This document shows positions 1 through 8,269 of a DNA stretch of 43,291 nt, in pieces. Origin of the DNA: a virus (taxonomy: Duplodnaviria > Caudoviricetes); the IMG/VR virus record IMGVR_UViG_3300043447_000532, positions 1 to 43,291 of that record, one strand, 5' to 3'. The translations under genes were made by a program, and so were the position numbers. Numbering within the stretch: the stretch's first letter is position 1; the number at the start of each line of letters is the position of its first letter. Below the pieces are notes generated by a model, which saw only the letters and a list, made by a program, of their open reading frames with translations, did not search any database and was not told the DNA's origin.

Positions 1-127
1 AAATTAGACCAAATCGCCCACACCTAATCTGACGTGGTAATGGTTCGGCTGAACGTGTTGACGATTAGGCGTGACAAATTAGACCAAATCGCCCACACCT
101 AATCTGACGTGGTAATGGTTCGGCTGA
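1..127. repeat. Terminal overlap, identical to 43165-43291; part of the 75-bp tandem array
   Basis: First 127 nt match the last 127 nt exactly; period is 75 (AAATTAGACC at 1 and 76). A 127-nt overlap is typical of a circular assembly. Confidence 0.95.
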
Positions 128-131
128 TAGA

Positions 132-479
132 TTAGTACCCGATTAGCGATGATAGGTGAATCTGAGCCATGCTATCGATGTAACTTGCAGGCATCCCAGT
201 ACTTCTAATCGCCCAATTTCTAGCAAACTCACCAGCCTCATTAACACTGTTAAATCTGGATGTGCCATTTACACAATCAAGAAATTCGCTATCGCGCCTT
301 ACGGACGCGCAATAGGCGATCGACACCTTAAGTTGTTCGTTACCACGACTAATCCGCCCCGCTCTAATTTCCTCACGCAAGAGGCTCAATCGGCTGGTAT
401 TGCTCATATTTGCACTAACAGCACCAGCAGAGCCAACAAGGATAGTAGTAACTAAAATAGCAGCGGTAACGAGTTTCAT
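132..479 (-). CDS. Hypothetical exported protein
   Basis: N-terminus MKLVTAAILVTTILVGSAGAVSA resembles a Sec signal peptide (basic residue, hydrophobic core, small-residue cleavage site). Confidence 0.6.
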   Translation of the reverse strand: MKLVTAAILVTTILVGSAGAVSANMSNTSRLSLLREEIRAGRISRGNEQLKVSIAYCASVRRDSEFLDCVNGTSRFNSVNEAGEFARNWAIRSTGMPASYIDSMAQIHLSSLIGY

Positions 480-530
480 CGGGGTTATCTGTGTAAATTG
501 CTTGATATCCCAATTAATACATCCTCACAT

Positions 531-767
531 CTAATCCGGTGCGATCTCTGTCACATCTGGCAAAACAGATAGAGGATCGACAGGTTCTACCGTTCTTGGC
601 ATTCCCAATCGATCCTCTATCGCCGCTATTCCATTTCTCAGCACCAGCGAATCGGGATATCGTGCAAACTTATCGCGCATTTCCTTGAGGTAGTACCTCA
701 TCCGCTGTCGGTCGATATCCGTATCATCAATCCGGTTGCCCATCGCTACCTCACGAGTAACTAGCAT
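531..767 (-). CDS. Hypothetical protein (probable start MGNRIDD)
   Basis: ORF in a tightly packed minus-strand operon with 751-1209 and 1213-1689. Confidence 0.55.
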   Translation of the reverse strand: MLVTREVAMGNRIDDTDIDRQRMRYYLKEMRDKFARYPDSLVLRNGIAAIEDRLGMPRTVEPVDPLSVLPDVTEIAPD

Positions 768-1209
768 TTAAGTAAATCCGGTCTCCCACACAAGTGTCGG
801 GAACGCCGATAGAAGATGCCAATACCGACACATCCCCATACCTGACCCATCGCCCATACCCTTGCTCTGGATCGGCATAATTGGGCACGTTTAACAGGTA
901 AGCCAATCTATCCGTCTCGGCTAAATACGCTCGCCATAACTGGATAAAATCCTTGTTGGTACTGGTAATAGTAGATCGATTGATATCGCCCACTACTATC
1001 TGCTTGCGGTCGTATCCTGTCTCACTCTCTTCAAGCGCGCGATCGCATCGATCTAAATGCGTCAAGATTTGCCGAACGGTGTAATCATCCGGCAATGACT
1101 GCATCTGCAATTCTAATCGCGCCGCATCGCCAGCAGGAATCGAATTAGGAGCGCAATAACGCAGATGATATCTAACTCTAGATCGATCGATTTGAGATAG
1201 TGCTGGCAT
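751..1209 (-). CDS. Probable head-completion/adaptor-type virion protein
   Basis: LSQIDRSRVRYHL...IPAGDAARLE resembles, from recall, a conserved gene of S-EIV1-like cyanophages; size fits an adaptor. Function inferred. Confidence 0.45.
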   Translation of the reverse strand: MPALSQIDRSRVRYHLRYCAPNSIPAGDAARLELQMQSLPDDYTVRQILTHLDRCDRALEESETGYDRKQIVVGDINRSTITSTNKDFIQLWRAYLAETDRLAYLLNVPNYADPEQGYGRWVRYGDVSVLASSIGVPDTCVGDRIYLNASYS

Positions 1210-1212
1210 GAT

Positions 1213-1689
1213 TTAAACAGCAGTTGTTTCGGGTAAATCGTATTTGAGTTTGTGCGAGATTTCCGCCCATTCTACTTTAGGCTCGATCTCGGTCATCCGT
1301 TCGATAAAGTTAATTTCCCCATCGAATGGAGTTTCGTTTCTAGTTTTAATTATTTCTCTAGCTAACTTCTGTTTGCCACCAGGTAAATTGGGGAAAGACT
1401 TAACGATATCGCCGACGGCGCAAAGGTTAATATAAAGTAAATCCGGTACATCTTCGATGTTTGGTGGTTCCGATAAATCATCCGCACGGGCAACACCACT
1501 TACTCCTTCATCGGTTTTGTAGTGATATCTCAACTGTTTTTGAGGAGTAAGTGAAATCGAATCGATAACCACGTCCGCGCCTAGGGAATGGTTGTAGATG
1601 CGATCTCCCACCTGACATGAGAAAGTAAATTCTCCGCTTGTTTCCACTGCGTTTGTGGCGTTAATATCGTTTGTTTCAGACTCTCCCAT
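1213..1689 (-). CDS. Protein with C-terminal helix-hairpin-helix (ComEA-like) region
   Basis: LYINLCAVGDIVKSFPNLPGGKQKLAREIIKTRNETPF resembles the IN.A...L..LPG.G...A..II..R....F HhH pattern. Confidence 0.55.
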   Translation of the reverse strand: MGESETNDINATNAVETSGEFTFSCQVGDRIYNHSLGADVVIDSISLTPQKQLRYHYKTDEGVSGVARADDLSEPPNIEDVPDLLYINLCAVGDIVKSFPNLPGGKQKLAREIIKTRNETPFDGEINFIERMTEIEPKVEWAEISHKLKYDLPETTAV

Positions 1690-1884
1690 TTTCCTCTTTT
1701 ATAATATTAAATTATGCCGATAAAAATAAGTTGTAATTGTCCCGAATACCTCGGTCGCACCATCCCAATTCTATCTCCAAACCCTAGCAAGCCATCATTA
1801 TCATGGCAGAATAATACGGTTAAAAAATGCAAGCATGTATACGCATCGGCTAAATATCTAGGGGTAGATTTAAACTCGATCTAG

Positions 1885-2169
1885 CTATTGCAATCTCTCC
1901 GGCGGATCTTCTCCTGGCAGGTATTTAGGGGTATACACATTACCCGCATCGTATCGCCCGATTAACGTTCCCATAGTGCCTGCTACGGCCGTAGCAATCG
2001 CAAACCAATCTCTAATCGACATCTTATCGGCTTCGCTCTTGCCTCTAGCTAATAAGCCTTCGATATTAGGAGCCACAGCCGTTAGAGTTGCCAGTAGCGA
2101 GATGTACGCACCAACTGCTGTCTTTGTTAATAAAAGGTTACGGTTACTCGTTCCCGATTGGATGCCCAT
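1885..2169 (-). CDS. Small membrane protein, holin candidate
   Basis: 94 aa with two hydrophobic segments, next to the endolysin cluster. Confidence 0.5.
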   Translation of the reverse strand: MGIQSGTSNRNLLLTKTAVGAYISLLATLTAVAPNIEGLLARGKSEADKMSIRDWFAIATAVAGTMGTLIGRYDAGNVYTPKYLPGEDPPERLQ

Positions 2170-2194
2170 GATAATGATGGTAATGGTATTTACA

Positions 2195-2210
2195 GTATAA
2201 GTTCTTATAC
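2195..2210. promoter_or_regulatory. Operator-like palindrome GTATAAGTTCTTATAC
   Basis: Near-perfect 16-bp palindrome in the divergent promoter region of the lysis genes; recurs genome-wide. Confidence 0.75.
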
Positions 2211-2352
2211 CTTAAGTATCATTATAAATTATAATAGGCTTGGATATGACGACTGTAGATATTGCGATTGCTAAATTTAACGATCGATGCGATCGAGCGA
2301 TTGAATTACTAGATCGGGCGATTGAATCGATGAAGCCAAAAGATTCGAGCAG

Positions 2353-2703
2353 ATGGATTCACAAACAGAACAGATAATTAGAGAGGGATTGAGTCAAGCT
2401 CGTGAGGCGTTGAGTGAATTTAGATATGCAATTAAAAGCGTATCCGAATCATGCGAACGAAATGATAAAAAGCTGTTTATTTTAGATAAAGAGTTTGACG
2501 ATCTTAATAACTCAAACATCAATATCAGAGGCAGATTAGAAGCCCTAGAAGAATCTCAAAAAAACATGTCTGCCGACGTGCGATCCATCCGTAACTCAAT
2601 CGTCGGCAGCTTGATCGTAGCCGTGTTAATCGGCATGGCTGGATTGGCTTTTACAGCCATTAGAACGCCTCAACAACCCACAAATCAATCAATTAGTAAA
2701 TAA
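2353..2703 (+). CDS. Coiled-coil protein with C-terminal transmembrane helix (XhlA-like holin candidate)
   Basis: Charged coiled-coil-like region followed by IVGSLIVAVLIGMAGLAFTAI, immediately upstream of the endolysin. Confidence 0.6.
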   Translation: MDSQTEQIIREGLSQAREALSEFRYAIKSVSESCERNDKKLFILDKEFDDLNNSNINIRGRLEALEESQKNMSADVRSIRNSIVGSLIVAVLIGMAGLAFTAIRTPQQPTNQSISK

Positions 2704-2710
2704 CAAATAT

Positions 2711-4168
2711 ATGAGCGGTAAACCAGTAATCGCAATCGATCCAGGGCATAATTTAGATCGAGATGGAGGCGCATCATATGGCAAATATTCAGAAGACTCG
2801 ATAGCCTTAAACGTCGCAAAATCGCTAACCGCCATCTGCGCGAAAAACGGCATTAAAACTATAGATTGCTTACCAGATAATGCTAAATCTGTAATCGATA
2901 GCCTTCAGCAACGAGTAAACAAATCCAACCAAAATGGTGCGACTATTTATTGCTCGATTCATTGCAATGTGGCAACACCTACAGATGGCGCGAGAGGTTG
3001 CGAGACGTACGCGATCTCGTCGGCGGGCAAAACGATCGCGACCAATATCAACCGCGAACTAGGGAAATTAGGATTCAAGATCCGAGGCGTGAAAGAATCC
3101 CTAGATGGCGGTTCGGCTCCCTATGTGGTGCGCAATACTAACGCTACTGCCGTATTAGTCGAAATCTGCTTTCTAGATGCGGCTGAAGATACAAAAATAC
3201 TAGATAGAGTCGGTATCGATGCAATCGCCCAAGCCATCTATACGGGACTCACTCACGGCGTAAGCACAGACCCTCAGCCCGATAATTATGACAACGATCC
3301 TGTTATCAAACCAGTAGATCGATCCGTATTGGTAGATGCGGCTAAATGGTATAGAGGCTTACCGCATCAGGATGAAGCCTGGAGATGGCTAGAAAACCAT
3401 CTAGACCCGATTCAGATTATGGATTTCCGATCTGGATATACACCCGACTCGATTCCCGTCAAACAGCCAATCCAGCAAGCCAGTCAATCGCCCTTAGTAC
3501 TGCCATCCAAGCCACCAGACTGGACTCGCTCACTGACCGACACCATGCCTGCAACGCCTAAGAGCGTACCGAGCATAATGAGCGTAGCGAACTGGATCGA
3601 TAATGGCGATGGCTCTACGAATGGAGTTAAAGGACTGTCAGACCAGATTATCGCCCAGATGGGCAATGCAGGATTGGTCGAGTTTACCCACCCACGGTTT
3701 AAGCCATCTAGTACATGCGATCCGTATTTCCATCCTCTATTAGCTAGAAAGCTCAAAGCGATACTAGATGCGATACTAGATGCACCGTATGGATTAGATA
3801 TGCATTGCAATAGTGCATACCGTTCGCCCGTCCGCCAGTTCGTCTTACGGACATTTTACGAGCGCAAGATGCACGGCATCACCGCCGCCGCCAGGGTAGG
3901 GACTGGCAACCACGAGCGGGGGCTGGCTCTAGATCTAGAAGATTGGCAAGTATGGAAGCCGATCCTAACTAGCGCGGGCTTTAGTTGGCAAGGAATGGGC
4001 GATCCGATGCATTTCGATCTAGATACTTATAGTATGGTGCCCCACGAGGCGATTAAAGCCTTCCAGAAGCTAGCTAACAAACACGCCAGCGCGGGATTAG
4101 AAGAGGATGGCATCTGTGGCGAGAAAACCAAGCAAGCGATGCTAGCGGCTCCCGCTAGCGGCTGGTAA
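2711..4168 (+). CDS. Modular endolysin: N-acetylmuramoyl-L-alanine amidase (Amidase_3) + M15 Zn-peptidase + peptidoglycan-binding domain
   Basis: Amidase motifs IAIDPGH, SIHCN, AVLVEICF; M15 motifs SAYRS, GNHERGLALD, DPMHFD; C-terminal AIKAFQK...LEEDGICGEKT. Confidence 0.9.
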   Translation: MSGKPVIAIDPGHNLDRDGGASYGKYSEDSIALNVAKSLTAICAKNGIKTIDCLPDNAKSVIDSLQQRVNKSNQNGATIYCSIHCNVATPTDGARGCETYAISSAGKTIATNINRELGKLGFKIRGVKESLDGGSAPYVVRNTNATAVLVEICFLDAAEDTKILDRVGIDAIAQAIYTGLTHGVSTDPQPDNYDNDPVIKPVDRSVLVDAAKWYRGLPHQDEAWRWLENHLDPIQIMDFRSGYTPDSIPVKQPIQQASQSPLVLPSKPPDWTRSLTDTMPATPKSVPSIMSVANWIDNGDGSTNGVKGLSDQIIAQMGNAGLVEFTHPRFKPSSTCDPYFHPLLARKLKAILDAILDAPYGLDMHCNSAYRSPVRQFVLRTFYERKMHGITAAARVGTGNHERGLALDLEDWQVWKPILTSAGFSWQGMGDPMHFDLDTYSMVPHEAIKAFQKLANKHASAGLEEDGICGEKTKQAMLAAPASGW

Positions 4169-4182
4169 TGCCGCAATCTGGC

Positions 4183-4198
4183 GTATAACGCCTTATAC
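4183..4198. promoter_or_regulatory. Operator-like palindrome followed by TGATAAAAT (-10-like)
   Basis: GTATAACGCCTTATAC then CTGAAGTGATAAAAT, upstream of the KilA-N gene. Confidence 0.7.
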
Positions 4199-4285
4199 CT
4201 GAAGTGATAAAATAGAGATACCGCTAATAGCGGGAGGTCGATTGTCAATCGACCTCTAATCACATCTCTAGGAAAGGTAGAAAAT

Positions 4286-4999
4286 ATGACTGATAGTATT
4301 GTACGCTTTGTTTTCGACGACAACACCATCCGCAATGATGGATTGGTTAATATCACGGCTCTAGCATCTGCTTACAAGCGAGCAACAGGCAAGCGCAAAG
4401 ATACTCAGCACTGGCTTGTTACAAAAGAAGCTACGGAGTCAATCGCTTACCTAGAGCGAGTCACCGGAATTCCGGTGACTGAGCTAGTGATCGCCGAACA
4501 TGGCGCAGGGACTTGGGTTCATCCCGATCTAGCTGAAATATTCGCTCAATGGATTTCGGTTGAATATCGGTTTGCTGTAGTACAATTAATCCGCACAGCC
4601 AAGGAAAACCGGATCGCTGCTCCACCGAAACCCGTTCAACCGCCGCGCCAGCTAACTCACGGACAGCAAGCTGTAGAAAAAGCTAACGAAATACGAGTCA
4701 TTACCGACACCCTGACCGATAATCCTCGATTAGCTCAATTATTGATTGATTATGCTTTGATCGATATTCGTGTGCCATCTCTACCAGTTACAGAATTACT
4801 AGGTGTGGTAGAGATTGCCCGTAACCTGGGATTCTCGACAAATCATTCTAGTCGCGTCAAACTAGGATCTTTTATTGCCCGTCAATTCAAGCATTTAGCT
4901 GTCGTCGAAAAGCGATTATGCAATGGTGAAATGCGAGATATCAACTGCTACCCAAATACGGTCGAGATTCAGGAAGCGGTAAGATCTTTTTTCTCTTAG
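4286..4999 (+). CDS. KilA-N domain DNA-binding protein
   Basis: DGLVNITALA...HWL...GTWVHPDLAEIFAQWISVEY is the KilA-N/APSES signature. Confidence 0.88.
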   Translation: MTDSIVRFVFDDNTIRNDGLVNITALASAYKRATGKRKDTQHWLVTKEATESIAYLERVTGIPVTELVIAEHGAGTWVHPDLAEIFAQWISVEYRFAVVQLIRTAKENRIAAPPKPVQPPRQLTHGQQAVEKANEIRVITDTLTDNPRLAQLLIDYALIDIRVPSLPVTELLGVVEIARNLGFSTNHSSRVKLGSFIARQFKHLAVVEKRLCNGEMRDINCYPNTVEIQEAVRSFFS

Positions 5000-5237
5000 C
5001 CGCTATTAGCGGGAGGTCGATTGATGGCTTTTGCCGCTATGGTGCGATGGAACGATTCGGAATTATGGGCAAATACCCTTTAGTCGGCTATTAGCGGGCA
5101 ATCTGCCTCAACTGGTGCCTAGCTTTTAGAAAATACCGTATCGGGATAGTGGGCTTCGCCCGTCCTCGTGTTTCTCGTTTCCGCCTGCTTGTCTACCATT
5201 CTCGCAAAGCCAAAAGCGATTGGCTGTGATACATATC

Positions 5238-5289
5238 ACCAGAGCAACATAACTATTCGGCTAGGGTCGAATGGTTGTGGTACTCTGGT
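5238..5289. other. Candidate attP site
   Basis: 52-bp imperfect palindrome ACCAGAG-caa-CATAACTATTCG-gctagggt-CGAATGGTTGTG-gta-CTCTGGT, ending 24 nt before the integrase start. Confidence 0.6.
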
Positions 5290-5313
5290 TTATACATGGC
5301 AAAAGGGTATTAT

Positions 5314-6756
5314 ATGGCGATCGCGACATATCAGCGCGTATCTAAACAGGAGCAGGCACGAGATACCGAAGCATTCGAGCGGCAGGGCTGGCAACTAGAT
5401 CGAGAGGCTAAAAAGTATCCTGATGTTAGGCTGCATTTTAGCGACATCCAGAGCGGCAGAAGAGACGACAGACCAGGGATGCAAGCCCTGATTACAGCGA
5501 TCGAATCTGGCAATATTAGCCTTTTGATTATCACACGGATCGACCGCATCGGTAGGGATTTGGAATCAAACACCCAGCTCCAGAAATTGCTAGAGCGTAA
5601 AAATGTCAGGGTTTACGAGATATTATTAGGTCGGTTTCTCGACTGGAAAAACCCTAATGACTGGAGTTATTTTGTCCAGGCTGGACTGGATGGCGAGAAA
5701 GAATCGAGAATGCTATCGACCAGAATCAAGCAAACATTTGAATACCAACGCGCTCATAATAGGATCGGCGGTGGAAGTGTTGGCTTCCCCTATCGGCGCG
5801 ACTCTGAGGGCAATATAGAGCCAAATCCCGATGAATGGGATAAGGCGATTGAAGCGATTAAAATTGTTATCCAGCATGATGGATCTGTGGTTAATGCCCT
5901 CCATCAAATCAATCGAGATCTAGGCTTGAATCGATCGATTAACTGGCTATCTAACTGGATTCGATCGCCACTAATTAGGGGTCATGCTCCAGTCGATACC
6001 TATTCAGGACAGGGCAAAGATCGCCGCCGCAAGCCGATATCTCAATGGCAGTTGTTTGAGAATACCCACTTCAGTTTATTCGATGCGCCAGAGCTAGCTA
6101 GAATCGGTGCTAGGGTAGAAATAGACCGGATTATTGCCGACGCGCGTGTATACAAAGGCAAAGCCATCGAGCGACAAATTAGAGCGTTATCGGGGCTGAT
6201 TTACTGTGCTAGATGTGGCGGATCGTGTAGGGTCAGATCTAGCGCGGATACCCGCTACAACAATCCATCAATTATATACGCCTATTGCACCAATCGCATA
6301 GATCGCGGCACTAATTGCGGCGGAGATAAAAAGATCGATGGCAAGCGGAATTTAATAAATACCAGATATGAGGATATCGAGCTAGCGGCTATGGTGGCAT
6401 TATCGCAGCGGGCTGAATCGATTATCGATTTATCTCTCAATGCTGAGGCTGTAGATGCGCCAGCCGATACGCCTGAAATAGCTAAGCTGCGAGCGGATAT
6501 CGACCGATTGAGTGGGTTTAACGATCCTGACTTAGCGAGTGCCATTGCCGATAAAACCAGTCGCCTCAATGCCCTAATTTTGGCATCTGCACCCACTACC
6601 CACAGCCTCGAACGCCGCAATATGTTTGTCGATTTGTTTGCTTCTGGCGATGTGCTAGCCTATGCTACCGAGATCGAAAAGCGGACTATCTATCGTGACT
6701 GGATTAGCCGGATCGATATCGATCGCCAACAAATTGAAGTCTTACTTACCATCTAA
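5314..6756 (+). CDS. Large serine recombinase/integrase (XisF-like)
   Basis: YQRVS catalytic motif, SGRRDDRPG, TRIDRIGR, recombinase domain (GFPYRR), Zn-ribbon LSGLIYCARCG...YAYC. Start taken at MAIATYQRVS. Confidence 0.93.
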   Translation: MAIATYQRVSKQEQARDTEAFERQGWQLDREAKKYPDVRLHFSDIQSGRRDDRPGMQALITAIESGNISLLIITRIDRIGRDLESNTQLQKLLERKNVRVYEILLGRFLDWKNPNDWSYFVQAGLDGEKESRMLSTRIKQTFEYQRAHNRIGGGSVGFPYRRDSEGNIEPNPDEWDKAIEAIKIVIQHDGSVVNALHQINRDLGLNRSINWLSNWIRSPLIRGHAPVDTYSGQGKDRRRKPISQWQLFENTHFSLFDAPELARIGARVEIDRIIADARVYKGKAIERQIRALSGLIYCARCGGSCRVRSSADTRYNNPSIIYAYCTNRIDRGTNCGGDKKIDGKRNLINTRYEDIELAAMVALSQRAESIIDLSLNAEAVDAPADTPEIAKLRADIDRLSGFNDPDLASAIADKTSRLNALILASAPTTHSLERRNMFVDLFASGDVLAYATEIEKRTIYRDWISRIDIDRQQIEVLLTI

Positions 6757-6888
6757 CTGCTTTGCAAACTCAGTCAATAACGGCTCGTTAGCTAGTAAAT
6801 CGTGATATTTACTAGCTAAAATTGCTGCTGCTTCTCTAGCTAATTTTTCCCGTGCGATTGCATTTTTTACCGCATCAATTGTCGTCAT
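6742..6888 (-). CDS. 48-aa protein not in the ORF track (MTTIDAVKNAIAREKLAREAAAIL...); candidate directionality factor or antirepressor
   Basis: Hand-translated ORF converging on the integrase, divergent from the repressor, with an operator palindrome and a LexA-like box upstream. Confidence 0.5.
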   Translation of the reverse strand: MTTIDAVKNAIAREKLAREAAAILASKYHDLLANEPLLTEFAKQLDGK

Positions 6889-6902
6889 AGTACTGTAGTT
6901 CT
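6889..6902. promoter_or_regulatory. Possible cyanobacterial LexA box
   Basis: AGTACTGTAGTTCT fits RGTACNNNDGTWCB exactly and abuts the ATG of the 48-aa ORF. Confidence 0.4.
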
Positions 6903-6929
6903 GATTCGGTTATAGTGGCGGTGCTTTGC

Positions 6930-6945
6930 GTATAATTACTTATAT
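6930..6945. promoter_or_regulatory. Operator-like palindrome variant
   Basis: GTATAATTACTTATAT in the intergenic switch region. Confidence 0.55.
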
Positions 6946-7195
6946 TATAAACCACAATATCGGCTATTTTGCAAATTACAACTAATTTAAATAAGTGCTG
7001 AAACCGTTATCCATCAACACATTCAAATACCGCACGATTGCATTGTCATCTACAATCGTTCCCACTTGAAACGCCATAACGCTTACCAATTGTCAATCAG
7101 GGTATGTACGGTTGACACCATCGTCAAGATGTGGACAATTGCATTTTTAGCGATTAGGATTGCGGTATAAACACTTGCACCAAACATATTTAAAA

Positions 7196-7804
7196 ATGTT
7201 ACTAGCCTCTCAACTGCCCGAAGACAAAAGCCCACTATCACTAGCCTTTGCAGCCACGTTGCACGTATTTAAGATATCGATTGCCGAGATAGCGAGAATT
7301 TCTGGTGTGCCGGATAGAAAGATTGCTGATTTTAGAGATGGCACGATGAATATCACAATGGCGCGAGTAGCTAAAATCATCATGGCACTAACACCTACTC
7401 AATCTAGCTTTTACGCAGCGATGGTAATACTGCAAGATGCCGCCAAAGCTGCCGAGATTGAAATCCCGCCTATCGACTTTAGAGCGATCGATGATGTTAC
7501 TGACATCTATTCGCAGGCATATAAAGCGATGAGCGAATGGTGCAAAGACTCCGAATTCAGACAATCTCGGCTATCTGCAAAATCCAAGCTCTCAGAGCCG
7601 CATATATCCCGCTGGCGGAATGGTAAATTTGACATGGAACAAGGATCTATAGAGCGATTGATTCAAGCCATGCAGCCAAAGCACCGTCTATTCTACCTGG
7701 CTTTGGTAGATATATTCTTTGTTGTCGGCTGCGAAAAAGCAGCTCAGCGGCGCGAGCAGCTCAAAAAGGACGAAGCAAAAGACGATAAGAAGAGAACGGA
7801 CTGA
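7196..7804 (+). CDS. Repressor-like protein with two XRE-type HTH domains
   Basis: ISIAEIARISGVPDRKIADFRDG and FRQSRLSAKSKLSEPHISRWRNGK, each followed by a similar ..LI.A(L/M).P....FY.A segment. Start set at ATG 7196; the ORF is open from 7160. Confidence 0.75.
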   Translation: MLLASQLPEDKSPLSLAFAATLHVFKISIAEIARISGVPDRKIADFRDGTMNITMARVAKIIMALTPTQSSFYAAMVILQDAAKAAEIEIPPIDFRAIDDVTDIYSQAYKAMSEWCKDSEFRQSRLSAKSKLSEPHISRWRNGKFDMEQGSIERLIQAMQPKHRLFYLALVDIFFVVGCEKAAQRREQLKKDEAKDDKKRTD

Positions 7805-7847
7805 ACAACAAAGCCCATGATGTAACCTACATCATGGGCTTTGTTGT
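7805..7847. terminator. Bidirectional intrinsic terminator
   Basis: Perfect 20-bp arms ACAACAAAGCCCATGATGTA / TACATCATGGGCTTTGTTGT between converging genes. Confidence 0.85.
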
Positions 7848-7866
7848 ATTGCGGTTCGGTGTCAGT

Positions 7867-8199
7867 TTAAAAGTATGCAGGCATCGTCGCTCTACTTTCT
7901 TCAATCTGTCCGATAGTTTTGGCGACTAGGTGACTGGGAATCAGGTCTAGTGCCGCTTCTTGGGGCGTGCGGTAGTTATTATCGGTGCTGTAATAGATAC
8001 CATTTTCGACTCTCACGTAACCTAATATCGTACCAGCATTGTCGATGCTGCCGTAATAGAGTTGGTGCGAAATCTCGTTATTTTCCCAGCCGCGATCTCC
8101 AAATACATCAAGCTCCTCCAACGTGTATCCGAGCTTGTCGAGAATAGATTGAGCTAATTGATGGTCGATAACAGTGGCGATTGCGGTGCTAGTAGTCAT
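7867..8199 (-). CDS. Hypothetical protein
   Basis: 110-aa ORF with AAAGGA RBS and an upstream operator palindrome at 8243-8258. Confidence 0.7.
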   Translation of the reverse strand: MTTSTAIATVIDHQLAQSILDKLGYTLEELDVFGDRGWENNEISHQLYYGSIDNAGTILGYVRVENGIYYSTDNNYRTPQEAALDLIPSHLVAKTIGQIEESRATMPAYF

Positions 8200-8242
8200 T
8201 TCGATCTGTCCTTTACTTGGTGATATGTCAGTTATACTCCTG

Positions 8243-8258
8243 GTATAAGAACTTATAC
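8243..8258. promoter_or_regulatory. Operator-like palindrome GTATAAGAACTTATAC
   Basis: Intergenic near-perfect palindrome. Confidence 0.75.
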
Positions 8259-8269
8259 CGCGATCTAGG

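Noticed and set aside
1-127. Biological direct terminal repeat of the virion DNA
   Set aside because: The length equals a common assembler k-mer and falls inside a tandem array, so assembly overlap is the simpler explanation.
2195-2210. NtcA binding sites
   Set aside because: NtcA recognises GTA-N8-TAC; this motif is GTA-N10-TAC with a conserved inner TAAG/CTTA.
5168-5398. 76-aa ORF and the extended 5275 start of the integrase
   Set aside because: They overlap the attP-like palindrome; the serine recombinase catalytic motif normally lies within a few residues of the start, which favours ATG 5314.
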